49,763 bases of DNA from Candidatus Doudnabacteria bacterium. GTDB taxonomy: Bacteria; Patescibacteriota; Doudnabacteria; UBA920. Positions 29,551-39,646 of this stretch are shown here, piece by piece; position 1 is the first letter of the stretch; each line of letters begins with the position of its first letter. The stretch covers positions 416-50,178 of the forward strand of contig PLYC01000023.1 in assembly GCA_003151625.1 (NCBI GenBank), in the 5' to 3' direction. A program made the translations under genes and the position numbers. The notes below the pieces were generated by a model. The model was not told where the DNA came from, did not search any database, and saw only the letters and a program-made list of their open reading frames with translations.

Positions 29551-31008
29551 TCATTCCTGGTGATAGTTCGGCGCTTCTTTGGTAATGGCCACGTCGTGGA
29601 CATGGGATTCTTTTAATCCGGCGTTGGTAATGCGGACAAATTGGGCTTTTTTGTGGAAATCGGCTAAATTTTTAGCGCCGCAGTAACCCATCCCGGCGCG
29701 CAGGCCGCCTATAAGTTGATTTACAACATTCGCCAGCGGACCTTTGTAAGGTACACGGCCTTCTATGCCTTCGGGAACCAATTTTTGCATATTCATTTCA
29801 TTTTCCTGGCCGTAGCGATCCTTACTTCCCTGCTTCATTGCACCCAAAGATCCCATTCCGCGATAAGTTTTAAAACTTCTGCCCTGGTATAAAATCAGTT
29901 CTCCCGGACTTTCGTCCGTGCCGGCAAATAAACTGCCTATCATCACGCTGTCCGCTCCCGCGGCCAGGGCTTTAGCTACATCACCCGAAAATTTAATTCC
30001 GCCATCAGCAACCAGCGGCACCTTGGCTTTGAAGGCTACAGACGAACACTCCATAATCGCGCTAATTTGCGGCACACCGGCGCCGCTAACTATGCGCGTG
30101 GTACAAATACTCCCCGGCCCCATACCTACCTTTATGGCGTCCACGCCGGCCGCTATAAGCGCCCGGGCGCCTTCGGCTGTGGCCACGTTGCCGACCATCA
30201 GTTCTGTCTTCGGGAATGCTTTTTTAATTCTCCTTGTCGCCTCAATCACCCGCTTGGTATGGCCGTGGGCGGTATCTATAACCAAAACATCCACTTTGGC
30301 TTTGACCAAAGCACTCGCCCGGTCAAAATAATCACCCGTCGCGCCAATGGCCGCGGCGGCTAGCAAGCGGCCCAAGCGGTCTTTGGAGGCGTTGGGATAT
30401 TGAATGGTTTTTTGAATATCTTTTACCGTAATTAAACCCTTTAAGATACTATTGGAATCTACCACCGGCAATTTTTCCACGCGATTCTGTTGAAAAATCT
30501 TTTTGGCCTGCTCCAAACTGGTGCCGACGGGAGCGGTAATTACCTTTTTAGTCATTAAATCCCTTACGCGCAACTGCAGGCGCGATTCAAACCGCAAATC
30601 GCGGTGAGTCAAAATGCCCACCAGCTTATTTTTTTCATCCACAATCGGAAAACCTGAAATGCCTCGCTTGGCCATAATTTGCAGGGCATGGGCTATGGTA
30701 TCGTCCGGAGATAAAGTTATAGGATCCACAACCATCCCACTTTCAAAACGTTTCACAGCGCCGACTTCCGCAGCCTGTTCCTCTATGCTCATATTTTTAT
30801 GGAGTACGCCAATGCCGCCCTGCTGTGCCAAAGCTATAGCCAGAGCGCTTTCCGTAACCGTGTCCATGGCACTGCTCATTATAGGGATGGCCAAAGAAAT
30901 ATTTTTGGTCAGCCTGGTTTTTGTCTCCGTCTCGGCCGGCACAACCTCGCTAAAACCTGGCTTAAGCAAAACGTCGTCAAAAGTTAGGGATTGAATAATT
31001 GGTTTCAT
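29551..31008 (-). CDS. guaB: IMP dehydrogenase with CBS pair
   Basis: [48 protein letters not shown]. Confidence 0.98.
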   Translation of the reverse strand: MKPIIQSLTFDDVLLKPGFSEVVPAETETKTRLTKNISLAIPIMSSAMDTVTESALAIALAQQGGIGVLHKNMSIEEQAAEVGAVKRFESGMVVDPITLSPDDTIAHALQIMAKRGISGFPIVDEKNKLVGILTHRDLRFESRLQLRVRDLMTKKVITAPVGTSLEQAKKIFQQNRVEKLPVVDSNSILKGLITVKDIQKTIQYPNASKDRLGRLLAAAAIGATGDYFDRASALVKAKVDVLVIDTAHGHTKRVIEATRRIKKAFPKTELMVGNVATAEGARALIAAGVDAIKVGMGPGSICTTRIVSGAGVPQISAIMECSSVAFKAKVPLVADGGIKFSGDVAKALAAGADSVMIGSLFAGTDESPGELILYQGRSFKTYRGMGSLGAMKQGSKDRYGQENEMNMQKLVPEGIEGRVPYKGPLANVVNQLIGGLRAGMGYCGAKNLADFHKKAQFVRITNAGLKESHVHDVAITKEAPNYHQE

Positions 31009-31167
31009 AGAATTCCAAATATCAAATTACAAATTTCAAATAAAATCCAAATGTCCAATTGCTAATTTAAGAATTGGACATTTGTTTGATATTGAAGTTG
31101 GAAATTTGAAATTAAAAAATAATTTCAGTTAGTATACTCACTTTGTAACAAATTGTCCAGCGTCGAT

Positions 31168-31210
31168 GGACAATGGGCACCGTTGTGCAGCACAACGGTG
31201 CCCATTGTCC
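31168..31210. repeat. perfect 43-bp palindrome (family B) abutting the purA stop
   Basis: GGACAATGGGCACCGTTGTGC-A-GCACAACGGTGCCCATTGTCC. Confidence 0.9.
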
Positions 31211-32712
31211 TACTGTCTGACAACTATATCTTCCCTTCCCGAGCCAGTTCCGACCAGCAAGATATGTGTTCCAACGTGTTTTTCCAAACGCTGTAAAAAT
31301 GCTTTGGCGGATTTTGGCAAGGAAGATTCATTGTCGGTTCCGTAAATATTTTCGCTCCACCCCGGCCACTGTTCAAATACCGGCACAACTTTTTCCATAT
31401 CCCACGGAGTAGGAAGCTGGCCGGGTAAAAGTTTTTTTCCATTTAACTTATAACCAACCACAACCGGCAATTTTTTTATTCCGGAAAGCATATCGAATCT
31501 GGTCAACGCGAGCCATTTTGGACCATTTACACGAATAGCGTAAGTCAGCCAAGGGATATCTATAAACCCTACGCTCCTGCCGCGACCGGTTGTAGCGCCA
31601 CGCTCATCCCCCAAAACCTGGAAGTACTGGGACAGTTCGGCATTCGATGCTTTTTGAGCATTAATTTTTTGCAGGCGCTCTTGTAAAAATTCCGCCTTTT
31701 TTTGTTTGTCAGTAAACAATCCAATATTTTTTTTAACAAACTCCATGGCCTCCTGTCTCTGCCACATTTCCGAGGGGAACGGCCCGGCGCCAACGCGGGT
31801 CGGCAGCGTTTTTACCACCATTAGTGTGACGTCAAAATTTTGCATGGGCAGCCCGGTGCCAACGGCCGCGCCAAAAGCTGCGGAATTACCAGACGAAACA
31901 AACGGGTAAGTGCCAAAATGGCTGTCCAGCCCCAAAGCCTGCGCGCCTTCAAACAACATTCGCTGATGTTTTTTTGAGGCTTGGTGCAGTACAAAAGAAG
32001 TATCGGCAATAAATGGTTTTATTTTTGGCGTAAACGCCAAAAGCATATCGGCAACATCGGTCGGAGTGGGTATAGAACCGCTGATGAGATTCTTGGCCTT
32101 CATGTCCTTAAATACCGGCAATAAAGTTTTATGCAAAAGTTCCAAAATACCCACCAATTCCTTTTTTCCCAAAAAAATCTGTCCAACTAAAGGTGATATA
32201 CGAAGTTTATACAAACCCTCTAGCGGCCCAATGCCCTTGCCCGTAGTGCCGACCTTCCCTTTGCCGCGAACATACTCCAGCCAAGCCTCCAATAGCCCGT
32301 GCCAAGGCGTCCAGACCGGCGACATTTGGTCTAAATAAATTTTTGGCAATTTACCGCCCAAAACTTTTTTACTTTGTTCCAACTCTTCCAAAAATAAACG
32401 CAAGTCCACCAACTCTCCCCTGCCCATAACGCACTCCTTGCCCTGAGCCAGACCGCACGGAATAAGGTGGCTTACTAACTTTTGGCCATCCGATGTAAAC
32501 ACCGTATGCCCGGCATTGGCGCCGCCGGAAAAACGCACCGTTACCTCGTAATGCGCCATTACGAGGTCTATAATTTTCCCCTTGCCCTCATCCCCCCAAT
32601 TCCCCCCAACCACGACTAAATTTCGGTAAGGAGCAAGGACTTTTTTAAGTATCTTACCGGCGTTTGATGTCTTTGCAGATGATTTTATCATATTGATTAA
32701 TTTACTTTCCAC
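31210..32712 (-). CDS. purA: adenylosuccinate synthetase
   Basis: WGDEGKGK, GGANAGHT, GTTGKGIGP, FEGAQ, GTYPFVSS, TRVGAGPFP, ERGATTGRGR. Confidence 0.96.
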   Translation of the reverse strand: MESKLINMIKSSAKTSNAGKILKKVLAPYRNLVVVGGNWGDEGKGKIIDLVMAHYEVTVRFSGGANAGHTVFTSDGQKLVSHLIPCGLAQGKECVMGRGELVDLRLFLEELEQSKKVLGGKLPKIYLDQMSPVWTPWHGLLEAWLEYVRGKGKVGTTGKGIGPLEGLYKLRISPLVGQIFLGKKELVGILELLHKTLLPVFKDMKAKNLISGSIPTPTDVADMLLAFTPKIKPFIADTSFVLHQASKKHQRMLFEGAQALGLDSHFGTYPFVSSGNSAAFGAAVGTGLPMQNFDVTLMVVKTLPTRVGAGPFPSEMWQRQEAMEFVKKNIGLFTDKQKKAEFLQERLQKINAQKASNAELSQYFQVLGDERGATTGRGRSVGFIDIPWLTYAIRVNGPKWLALTRFDMLSGIKKLPVVVGYKLNGKKLLPGQLPTPWDMEKVVPVFEQWPGWSENIYGTDNESSLPKSAKAFLQRLEKHVGTHILLVGTGSGREDIVVRQ

Positions 32713-32799
32713 CTTCTACTCGAAACACTTTACTAATTTAATATACCATACCCACAAAAAAACCGCCAAGCGATTGCTTAACGGTTTTAACCTACTAGT

Positions 32800-33024
32800 T
32801 TATGATTCCTTATCGTTTCCCCTAACAATTCCCCCAAATTTATCAATTTTTACTCTCTGGTGTCCCTCTGCCTCATCTGTACCTTCTGTTTTGCCAGTCA
32901 GTTCACTAGTATCAATTGGCGTAGAGTTTTTTAATTGCCTGGCAATCTCTTCCGCCGTTAAGTCTGGCTTGCTGATTTCCCACCCTCCTCTCACATCACT
33001 AATATTTCCAATTTTTTCTCCCAT
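32800..33024 (-). CDS. small hypothetical protein
   Basis: 74-aa hydrophilic ORF followed by a terminator-like hairpin at 32757-32788. Confidence 0.55.
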   Translation of the reverse strand: MGEKIGNISDVRGGWEISKPDLTAEEIARQLKNSTPIDTSELTGKTEGTDEAEGHQRVKIDKFGGIVRGNDKES

Positions 33025-33133
33025 AAAATTTCAAATTAATATTTAGAGTGTTAAATGTCAATTGTTTCCGGCCGGAGGCGGATCCGCCTTTGGCGGAAAT
33101 TGTTATTGTTATAACTTGTTAGTTGCCATCCCC

Positions 33134-34501
33134 TCACCTCACCATCCACATTAAACAAGCGAAAATGACCACAAAACTGCTGTTGGCAATAAGAGAGAGA
33201 TGTTGGATGTGGCGTTTAAAGGCTATGGCAAGAATTAAGCTGGAAAGCAGTCCCGCCATAAAGAAAAGATAAAATCGGCTCTCAAAAGTATTGGGATTAA
33301 AAGTCTGACCCATAAAAGTTACGTAGCTGGCTGGCGTGGTTCCGGACAAATTATAGTTGGCCTGGGTATTGGCGGAAAAATCCGCGAGCTGCAGCTGGTT
33401 GGTTTGACCCTGCATGCCAAAGGCTTCAAGCCGGACAGTAGTGTTGGTTTGAGCTAAATCGGAAGCTTGAGCTTGGCCGCTCCAGGTAGTTTGATCTTTA
33501 GGCGAAAGCATTACTGCTTCCTGTCCAAAATAGGCCAGAACTTTTATTGCCGGTCCGCTGACTTGGGCGTTTATTTGAACACTGTCCCCGACCAACTGAA
33601 CGTTGCCGTCCAAAACCGACACAGGCGGTGGCGGCTGAATTTGAGTAGCGGCCAGGGGTTGAACCGGAGTCTGGCTATTTAAAGTCTGCTTGGCTTTGGG
33701 CGGTTGCGCGGCCAAAGCAGCTGAAGCGGCGGCCGGCACGCTGGCACTTTTAACTTGAGTCGGCGCCTGGGCAGGAACAGATAAAACCGCGGGCGCTGGC
33801 GCGGAAGCGGGCTGGACTTGAGTTGGAGTATTTGAAAGGGTTATTTGTTGGGCGGCGGGAGTGCCAAATTCCTGAACTACAAAAGTTGCAGTATGTCCCT
33901 GGTACGTTCCCTGGGAAATGCCGATACCAATGTCCTGAAAGTTTTTATTTAAAATATTAGCTTTGTGCCCGGGGCTGTTCATCCAGGCGGTCTCCACACT
34001 TTCGGCTTCTGTGAAATTTACCGCTAAATTTTCGCCGGCCATTATATAACTGTATCCGGCGCCTGTAATAAAATCCCACGGCGTGTGGCCGTCGGGCGTG
34101 TTGTGAGCAAAATAACCTTTGGCCAGCATATCATCGGCTTTGGCCTGGGCGGCTTTATCTAATATTTGATTTTCGCTTAAGGCCGCAACAGTAAATTCCT
34201 GCCGCGACTCATTAGTAAGGTTAATAATATTATCCACGGTGATTGCCGAAGAAAATGCCGGGGCTATTGGGCCAAAGGACAACAGGGCTAAAGTAAAAAT
34301 TCTCACGGCAACTAAAAGACCCGACATTAAAGCCAGGCTTCTGTGCCCTAAAACATGAGGATGGTAATTATTCCGGGCGTGGGGAATAAAATGATCTTGC
34401 AGGTGCCTCCCCAAAGCCACCACAGGAGAAAAAACTCTCTTGAGGCTTGGGGACTGAAAGCCAATAACGTTTAAAACGTATTCCATTTGTGTTTTGTCCA
34501 C
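33134..34501 (-). CDS. CAP/SCP-domain membrane protein
   Basis: LTNESR...AAQAKADDM...YFAH...AGENLA...WMNSPGHKANIL; Pro/Ala-rich linker; C-terminal TM segments. Confidence 0.9.
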   Translation of the reverse strand: MDKTQMEYVLNVIGFQSPSLKRVFSPVVALGRHLQDHFIPHARNNYHPHVLGHRSLALMSGLLVAVRIFTLALLSFGPIAPAFSSAITVDNIINLTNESRQEFTVAALSENQILDKAAQAKADDMLAKGYFAHNTPDGHTPWDFITGAGYSYIMAGENLAVNFTEAESVETAWMNSPGHKANILNKNFQDIGIGISQGTYQGHTATFVVQEFGTPAAQQITLSNTPTQVQPASAPAPAVLSVPAQAPTQVKSASVPAAASAALAAQPPKAKQTLNSQTPVQPLAATQIQPPPPVSVLDGNVQLVGDSVQINAQVSGPAIKVLAYFGQEAVMLSPKDQTTWSGQAQASDLAQTNTTVRLEAFGMQGQTNQLQLADFSANTQANYNLSGTTPASYVTFMGQTFNPNTFESRFYLFFMAGLLSSLILAIAFKRHIQHLSLIANSSFVVIFACLMWMVR

Positions 34502-34736
34502 AAATCACCAATAACACAAATGGAAACAAATCCGCGATTTGCAGTATTTGTCTTTATTCGTGATTAGTGAATGATTTTTATTTTTGTTTCAAAACCGATG
34601 CTAGTTTTGGCAACGATTTAGTCACTTAACTTAAATATATTATAGCACATCTAACTTTTTTTGTCCAGTAAAATTTTAAAGCCCCGTCCCGAAAAATCGG
34701 GAACGGGGCTTTAGATTGACCTTAAAAAACCCAAAA

Positions 34737-34919
34737 CTATTTAACGGGTACTTTGTGATGAGCTACTACAATAGGGCTAACTGAATCATTAGTGCCATCG
34801 CCGCTTAGAGTAATATAGCTGACCAAAGAAATACCGGTGACAACCAAAAAAACTATTGTCCAAATAAACCATCTTGAATCGTAATTGTTTTTTGGTATTT
34901 GAGAATTTGAGATTGGCAT
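34737..34919 (-). CDS. small single-TM protein
   Basis: MPISNSQIPK...RWFIWTIVFLVVTGISLV; followed by a hairpin at 34678-34712. Confidence 0.6.
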   Translation of the reverse strand: MPISNSQIPKNNYDSRWFIWTIVFLVVTGISLVSYITLSGDGTNDSVSPIVVAHHKVPVK

Positions 34920-34981
34920 ATTTTTCCTTTTTGTTTTGTTCCCCGCCAATGGCGGAATCCGCCTGGACGGATTTATTTTAT

Positions 34982-35305
34982 CTATTTATTTACTAAATTT
35001 GTAACTTCTTTTTTTGCCGAACGGATGGCAAAAATTGCAAAAAATAAACTTACGATCCATAAAGCCACAATGGGCAATAAAACAACCGAGCCCTTTGGAT
35101 AAAAGAAAAGGAAGGCATAGCTTACCACCCCCAGAGAATACAGTTCTATTAAAAAAACCACCACCAGTGCTTTAACCAATTTGCCGACAATGGATTCAGC
35201 AAAAAGTTTGTGAACTTTATAACCCTCTACTATTAAATAAATACTGCCAACAGCCAAAACTACCAAAGCCAGCCATAAATAAGTAGTTAAATCTGCAAAA
35301 TTCAT
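34982..35305 (-). CDS. hypothetical three-TM membrane protein
   Basis: 107 aa with three hydrophobic segments. Confidence 0.75.
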   Translation of the reverse strand: MNFADLTTYLWLALVVLAVGSIYLIVEGYKVHKLFAESIVGKLVKALVVVFLIELYSLGVVSYAFLFFYPKGSVVLLPIVALWIVSLFFAIFAIRSAKKEVTNLVNK

Positions 35306-35389
35306 ATATCTAATTTTGATTTTTATATCTTTAGGCTGTCTAAAACTATTTAATATAATATAGCATAATTTTAGCCAAATGGCAAAAAT

Positions 35390-35800
35390 CTAAGGCCTAT
35401 GCTCTATATTTATATCCAGAATAAACAGTAAAATGCTTAAAAGGTCGGTAGTTAAGCAATATTGGCAAACTTTTTTTATGACAAAAAACTGCAGGGACAA
35501 AAAGACCAAAGCCGCCAAAGTACCCAAAGACAGCAAACCTGTAAGAATTTTTTTCCACAGCAAATAACTGTCGGCTAAAAGCGCGGAGATAATTACTGCG
35601 GTAAAGTAAGCTGCGCCCCAGACCCCAAGCGGAAAGCCAAAAAGAACGGAATATTTGCTGGTTAATACCGCCTCACAGCCGTGAGTTATGTCGCAGGGAA
35701 CCGTATAGCCAAAATAGTGAGCCAAAGCCAAATACAAGCTTACGCCAAAGCCCAAAACCGCTAAAATAACAATAATATCGTGTTTATGTTTTCTGTACAT
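35390..35800 (-). CDS. vitamin K epoxide reductase (VKOR) family protein
   Basis: PCDITHGCEAVLTSKYS...GFP and the CQYC redox motif. Confidence 0.92.
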   Translation of the reverse strand: MYRKHKHDIIVILAVLGFGVSLYLALAHYFGYTVPCDITHGCEAVLTSKYSVLFGFPLGVWGAAYFTAVIISALLADSYLLWKKILTGLLSLGTLAALVFLSLQFFVIKKVCQYCLTTDLLSILLFILDINIEHRP

Positions 35801-35977
35801 AAGGACATTATATCAGAAAATCGGAAGTCGGAAAAATCGGAAGTCGGAACGTCGGATAGTGAGCAATCCGATTTTTCCGACATTCCGACCTTATGACTTT
35901 CCGTCAACACTAATAAAAATCCCCCACTTTCTGGGAAAGTGGAGGATAAAAAATCAGAGTTAGATTTTAAAGCGCGC

Positions 35978-36340
35978 CTAGTAGCGGTCGTTTCTGCCAC
36001 CGCCGTAGCCGCCGCTATTGCCGCCACCACCGTAACCACCACCACTGCCGCCGCGTCCGCCGCGGTCGCCAAAGCTTCTTTTGGGGCGATCTTCCAACGG
36101 TCTGGCTTCCTTGACTACCAAGGTCCGGCCGTTGTAATCGGAGTTATTTAAAGCCGCTGTTGCAGCGTCTGCTTCAGCGTCGTTTTCGAATTCAACGAAT
36201 CCAAAACCTCTGCTTCGACCAGTCATTTTGTCGGTTATCACGGTCGCGCTGGCGACTGTGCCGTGCTGGCTGAATAATTGCTGAAGGTCATCGGAAGTGG
36301 TAGCCCAGGGGATACCGCCGACGAAAAGTTTCTTAGCCAT
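35978..36340 (-). CDS. RRM RNA-binding protein with Gly-rich tail
   Basis: RNP2 KLFVGGI, RNP1 RGFGFVEF, GGY repeats; start at MAKK. Confidence 0.95.
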   Translation of the reverse strand: MAKKLFVGGIPWATTSDDLQQLFSQHGTVASATVITDKMTGRSRGFGFVEFENDAEADAATAALNNSDYNGRTLVVKEARPLEDRPKRSFGDRGGRGGSGGGYGGGGNSGGYGGGRNDRY

Positions 36341-36348
36341 TTTATTAT

Positions 36349-36516
36349 TAGAATCAGTCTTCAAAATTCTTTTTTGTCTGCAATTGCATAATTTCGTCCG
36401 CTGATCGCAAAAAATTTTTCCGCTTAGCCTTTTTGGCTAAACATCAAAATTTATTTACGCCCATCGGCCTAAGATTCTGCAATTTCGACTAAAAAATAAT
36501 TCTTCAGCTAGATTCT
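36349..36516 (-). repeat. ~165-bp structured element (family C, copy 1)
   Basis: Long imperfect hairpin whose reverse complement aligns end to end with 38167-38330. Confidence 0.8.
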
Positions 36517-36685
36517 GGCTTTCTATTGAAGAGCTCACCTTACACTCTTACTGACTATTTAAATGGAACTTTAAATGCTACTCTACAGCGCTCTTAAAAA
36601 GAAAGCCTTGCGAGGTCTTCTGTCTATTTTCATAGACCGAAGTCCCGCCTGAGGCGGGAACACTTAAACTTAAGATGATAAAACT

Positions 36686-36714
36686 ATTATACACTAAATA
36701 TCCTATAATAGCAA
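36686..36714 (-). promoter_or_regulatory. promoter of the RRM gene (implies a ~340-nt 5' UTR)
   Basis: TTGCTA-17-TATAAT. Confidence 0.6.
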
Positions 36715-36727
36715 GGCTCTATTTAAA

Positions 36728-37453
36728 TTAAACAAACCTGGTAATCGCAAATGTTAAAACCACGCCGAATAAAGTCAGACCAATGAGTTTTAAGGAACTG
36801 TGCTTGCTGTGGGCTTCGGGGAGAATATCGCTGACTCCAATATATAACAAAAAGCCGGCAAAGAAGCCCAAATACCAAACCAAAAAATGTGGAGAAACAC
36901 GGAATAACAAAGTAGACAAAGCGCCTAAAACCGGCGCCACGGAATCCACGAGCAAGAATATTTTGGACTTTTTGGTACTGTTGTTGTTGGTTAGCATCAA
37001 GGTAATGGTATTCATGCCGTCCGTAAAATCGTGGGATATTACAGCTATAGCCACTAAAAGCCCGACCGCGGGATTTACCTGAAAGCCCAAACCAATGCCC
37101 ACTCCGTCCATAAAACTGTGTCCGGCCAAAGCCAAAGCGGAAAGAACGCCCACATGCGGGTGTTTGTGGTCGGCGTAATCCGTTTCGTGCGCATGGTGAA
37201 CCACGATAACTTTTTCCAAAATATGAAACAGCATAAAGCCAATGACCAAGGCCACCATTGGCTCTATGGGTTTGTAACCCCCGGCATTAACCTGGGAGAT
37301 TATTTCCGGAAAAATATCAAACGCCACCACACCCAATAAAACTCCTGCAGTAAAGCCCATTATTAAATGCAGTTTATTTTTATACCTTACCGCAAATAAC
37401 CCGCCAAACAGCGTAGAAAAAAATGTGGCAATGGAAAGAATTACGGCTTCCAT
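36728..37453 (-). CDS. ZIP-family metal transporter
   Basis: FTAGVLLGV, His-rich loop, GHSFMDG and SHDFTDG metal motifs, LLYIGVSDILPEAH. Confidence 0.92.
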   Translation of the reverse strand: MEAVILSIATFFSTLFGGLFAVRYKNKLHLIMGFTAGVLLGVVAFDIFPEIISQVNAGGYKPIEPMVALVIGFMLFHILEKVIVVHHAHETDYADHKHPHVGVLSALALAGHSFMDGVGIGLGFQVNPAVGLLVAIAVISHDFTDGMNTITLMLTNNNSTKKSKIFLLVDSVAPVLGALSTLLFRVSPHFLVWYLGFFAGFLLYIGVSDILPEAHSKHSSLKLIGLTLFGVVLTFAITRFV

Positions 37454-37512
37454 AATATTATTTATTAAAACCCCGATCCCGATGACCGGGACCGGGGGTT
37501 TTTTAGATTTCC

Positions 37513-38145
37513 TTAAACTGTTTTCGAAGAGTCTCCGGTAAGCTTTACATCCAAAGTAAGCTCCTCCACAACGCGCGATTTTAAAGATTTATTGGTAAAA
37601 TACAACAGTACAATAAATGTCAGAACCAAGGCAATTAATCCGGCCATCGCCGATAAAAATTCGGTTTGCTTTTCACGAATTTCGATTTCTTTTAACGATC
37701 GGCCGACAACCAAAAAACCCGAACTGCCGCCGGAATAAGGAACCACGACTACGGCTTCGCGCACCCCGTTTGCCGGCTGCCAGGTTTGGCGCCACTCGCC
37801 ATGAGCCCGGACATAATCAAACACCGAAGTTGGAAAAGATGGATTTTTGCCGTCGAGCAAAGCCGAAGAGCCAATTAACGTGCTGGTAGCATTGTAGATC
37901 ATTACAAAAGGCGAAAGTGTTCCCGCAATTTCCGTGGTCCCCTGTGCCGGAACTATTTGACCCGGTTGAGCCTGACCCTGGGCAATTGCGGTAGCTAAAT
38001 CTTCGGCAATTTGAATTTGCGGATCATTTGCCGATTGGCGGTAAGATTGCTGAACCGTGGCATATGCCAACCCCGAAAAAATTATTATTATTATTGCAAA
38101 CGGGAGCCAGGCGTTGAACGTTGCGCACAAAACTTTTTTTGTCAT
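37513..38145 (-). CDS. hypothetical two-TM protein with an extracytoplasmic sensor-like domain
   Basis: TM-QQSYRQSANDPQIQ...TWQP...VVGRSLKE-TM. Confidence 0.75.
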   Translation of the reverse strand: MTKKVLCATFNAWLPFAIIIIIFSGLAYATVQQSYRQSANDPQIQIAEDLATAIAQGQAQPGQIVPAQGTTEIAGTLSPFVMIYNATSTLIGSSALLDGKNPSFPTSVFDYVRAHGEWRQTWQPANGVREAVVVVPYSGGSSGFLVVGRSLKEIEIREKQTEFLSAMAGLIALVLTFIVLLYFTNKSLKSRVVEELTLDVKLTGDSSKTV

Positions 38146-38166
38146 ATTTAAAGGATTAATACTTAT

Positions 38167-38330
38167 TAGAAGATAACTTAAAAATAATTTGTAGGCGAAA
38201 TTCCAGAATTTTGAGCGGATTGGCTCTTAATAAATTTTGACGTTTAGCCAGAGCTAAGCGGAAAAATTTTTAAGACCAAGACGCCAAAATGCTGGAATTG
38301 CAGCCCAAAGGATTTTTAAGATAGCTTCTA
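38167..38330 (+). repeat. family C element, copy 2
   Basis: TAGAAGATAACTTAAAAAT...AATAAATTTTGACGTTTAGCCAGAGCTAAGCGGAAAAATTTTT...ATTTTTAAGATAGCTTCTA. Confidence 0.8.
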
Positions 38331-38387
38331 GTTGCTTGTCGTTTAATTATACACCAAAAATAAAAAATTGCCACTGATTTTAGTATT

Positions 38388-39068
38388 TTAGGACTTAAGT
38401 CCTATATTTAACTTTTGAAATTCATTTCCCACGCTTTTGCCTATGGCATATCCAATAAACGCGCCGGCCACAGCATCGGACAGCCAATGGATGTTAACCG
38501 AAACCCCTAAGCCAATTAAAAGCGCAAAAATCCACGCGCCAATTTTCACCATTTTATTATTCGGATAGAATTCCGCTAAAGTTATGGCCGCGGCAAAAGC
38601 CACTGTTGTGTGACTACTAGGCCAGCCGTTAAACCAGCCGCCACGGTAAAAACCAAACTGAAAACCACTACTGTTGTTTAATAAGCCAGCGAAGTGTTCC
38701 GGCGGCAGACGGCCGGTGAAAACTTTTATGACGGTTGATATTATCCAGCCCAAAATTGCCGCCTGGCCCACAGCCAAACCCCTAATTTGCCAAAGAGGTT
38801 TTTGATCTGCGCGGCCAAAAATATACAGTCCGAGCGGAATTATTATGGGTAAAAACATTCCGGCAACTACGGAAATAAACCCAAGATTAAAAACCCATAA
38901 GTGGCCGGCGGAATATTTGTACCAAGCCCAATCCAAACCGATTTTTACAATTATCCAAGTTATTGCCGCAGCCAATAAATAATTTAAGCCATAATTGTAT
39001 TTGACGGATTTGCCAATGTGGTTGAATATTCTATAAAAAATTTTGCTAACCGGTTGTTCTTTTCCCAT
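38388..39068 (-). CDS. PAP2-family phosphatase
   Basis: KVFTGRLPP, WPSSHT, HWLSD motifs; start at MGKEQ. Confidence 0.88.
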   Translation of the reverse strand: MGKEQPVSKIFYRIFNHIGKSVKYNYGLNYLLAAAITWIIVKIGLDWAWYKYSAGHLWVFNLGFISVVAGMFLPIIIPLGLYIFGRADQKPLWQIRGLAVGQAAILGWIISTVIKVFTGRLPPEHFAGLLNNSSGFQFGFYRGGWFNGWPSSHTTVAFAAAITLAEFYPNNKMVKIGAWIFALLIGLGVSVNIHWLSDAVAGAFIGYAIGKSVGNEFQKLNIGLKS

Positions 39069-39197
39069 ATTGATACTTGAATTATAACCTATTGTTCTAC
39101 TTATGCCGAATTCGTTTTTAAAAATTAAACAACAAAATGCACTGCCAATAACTGGCCGTGCATTTTGCGATAACACAAATTTGGTTATAAACAAGCC

Positions 39198-39512
39198 TTA
39201 TTTTGTATTTTTCTCTAACCGCTCGATTTCATCGGTTAAAAATTCTTCCATAACTTTTAAGTCTCTCTTCAACTGTCTGAAAATTTTCATTTCCTCGCTG
39301 GTCAATTCGCGATTCATTTTTGTGCTTTCCAGCAGTCTAATTTGCTCTTCCATGTTCTCCCTTAGCGTATGGAAAACTTCATGCATCGCCGCTTCGGTCT
39401 CCCCGACATCGCGCCTTAGTTTCTTTTTAAGTTGCCTAAACTTTCGCCAGATGTACCAAAGAATTAGTAGGAGAAGGATAATCAAAAAAATTGCCGGCAT
39501 AAAAATTTCCAA
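39198..39512 (-). CDS. TM plus coiled-coil protein, possibly a C-terminal remnant
   Basis: One TM segment followed by a charged helical tail; start unclear. Confidence 0.6.
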   Translation of the reverse strand: MEIFMPAIFLIILLLLILWYIWRKFRQLKKKLRRDVGETEAAMHEVFHTLRENMEEQIRLLESTKMNRELTSEEMKIFRQLKRDLKVMEEFLTDEIERLEKNTK

Positions 39513-39646
39513 AAATCTCCTCGCCGCACTTTTTGCCTTTATAATAAACTTTCTTGATTATTTTTAACATAAGAATTTCTCTCTTATTAAGACATGTATC
39601 GTTTATAGCTAAAACGATACATTAGTCGAATAGATGTATCGTTTTA

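Noticed and set aside
33630-33860. GC-rich low-complexity stretch in the CAP gene
   Set aside because: A Pro/Ala/Gln linker with no DNA symmetry noticed.
35985-36070. GC-rich CCG/CCA repeats
   Set aside because: They simply encode the Gly-rich tail of the RRM protein.
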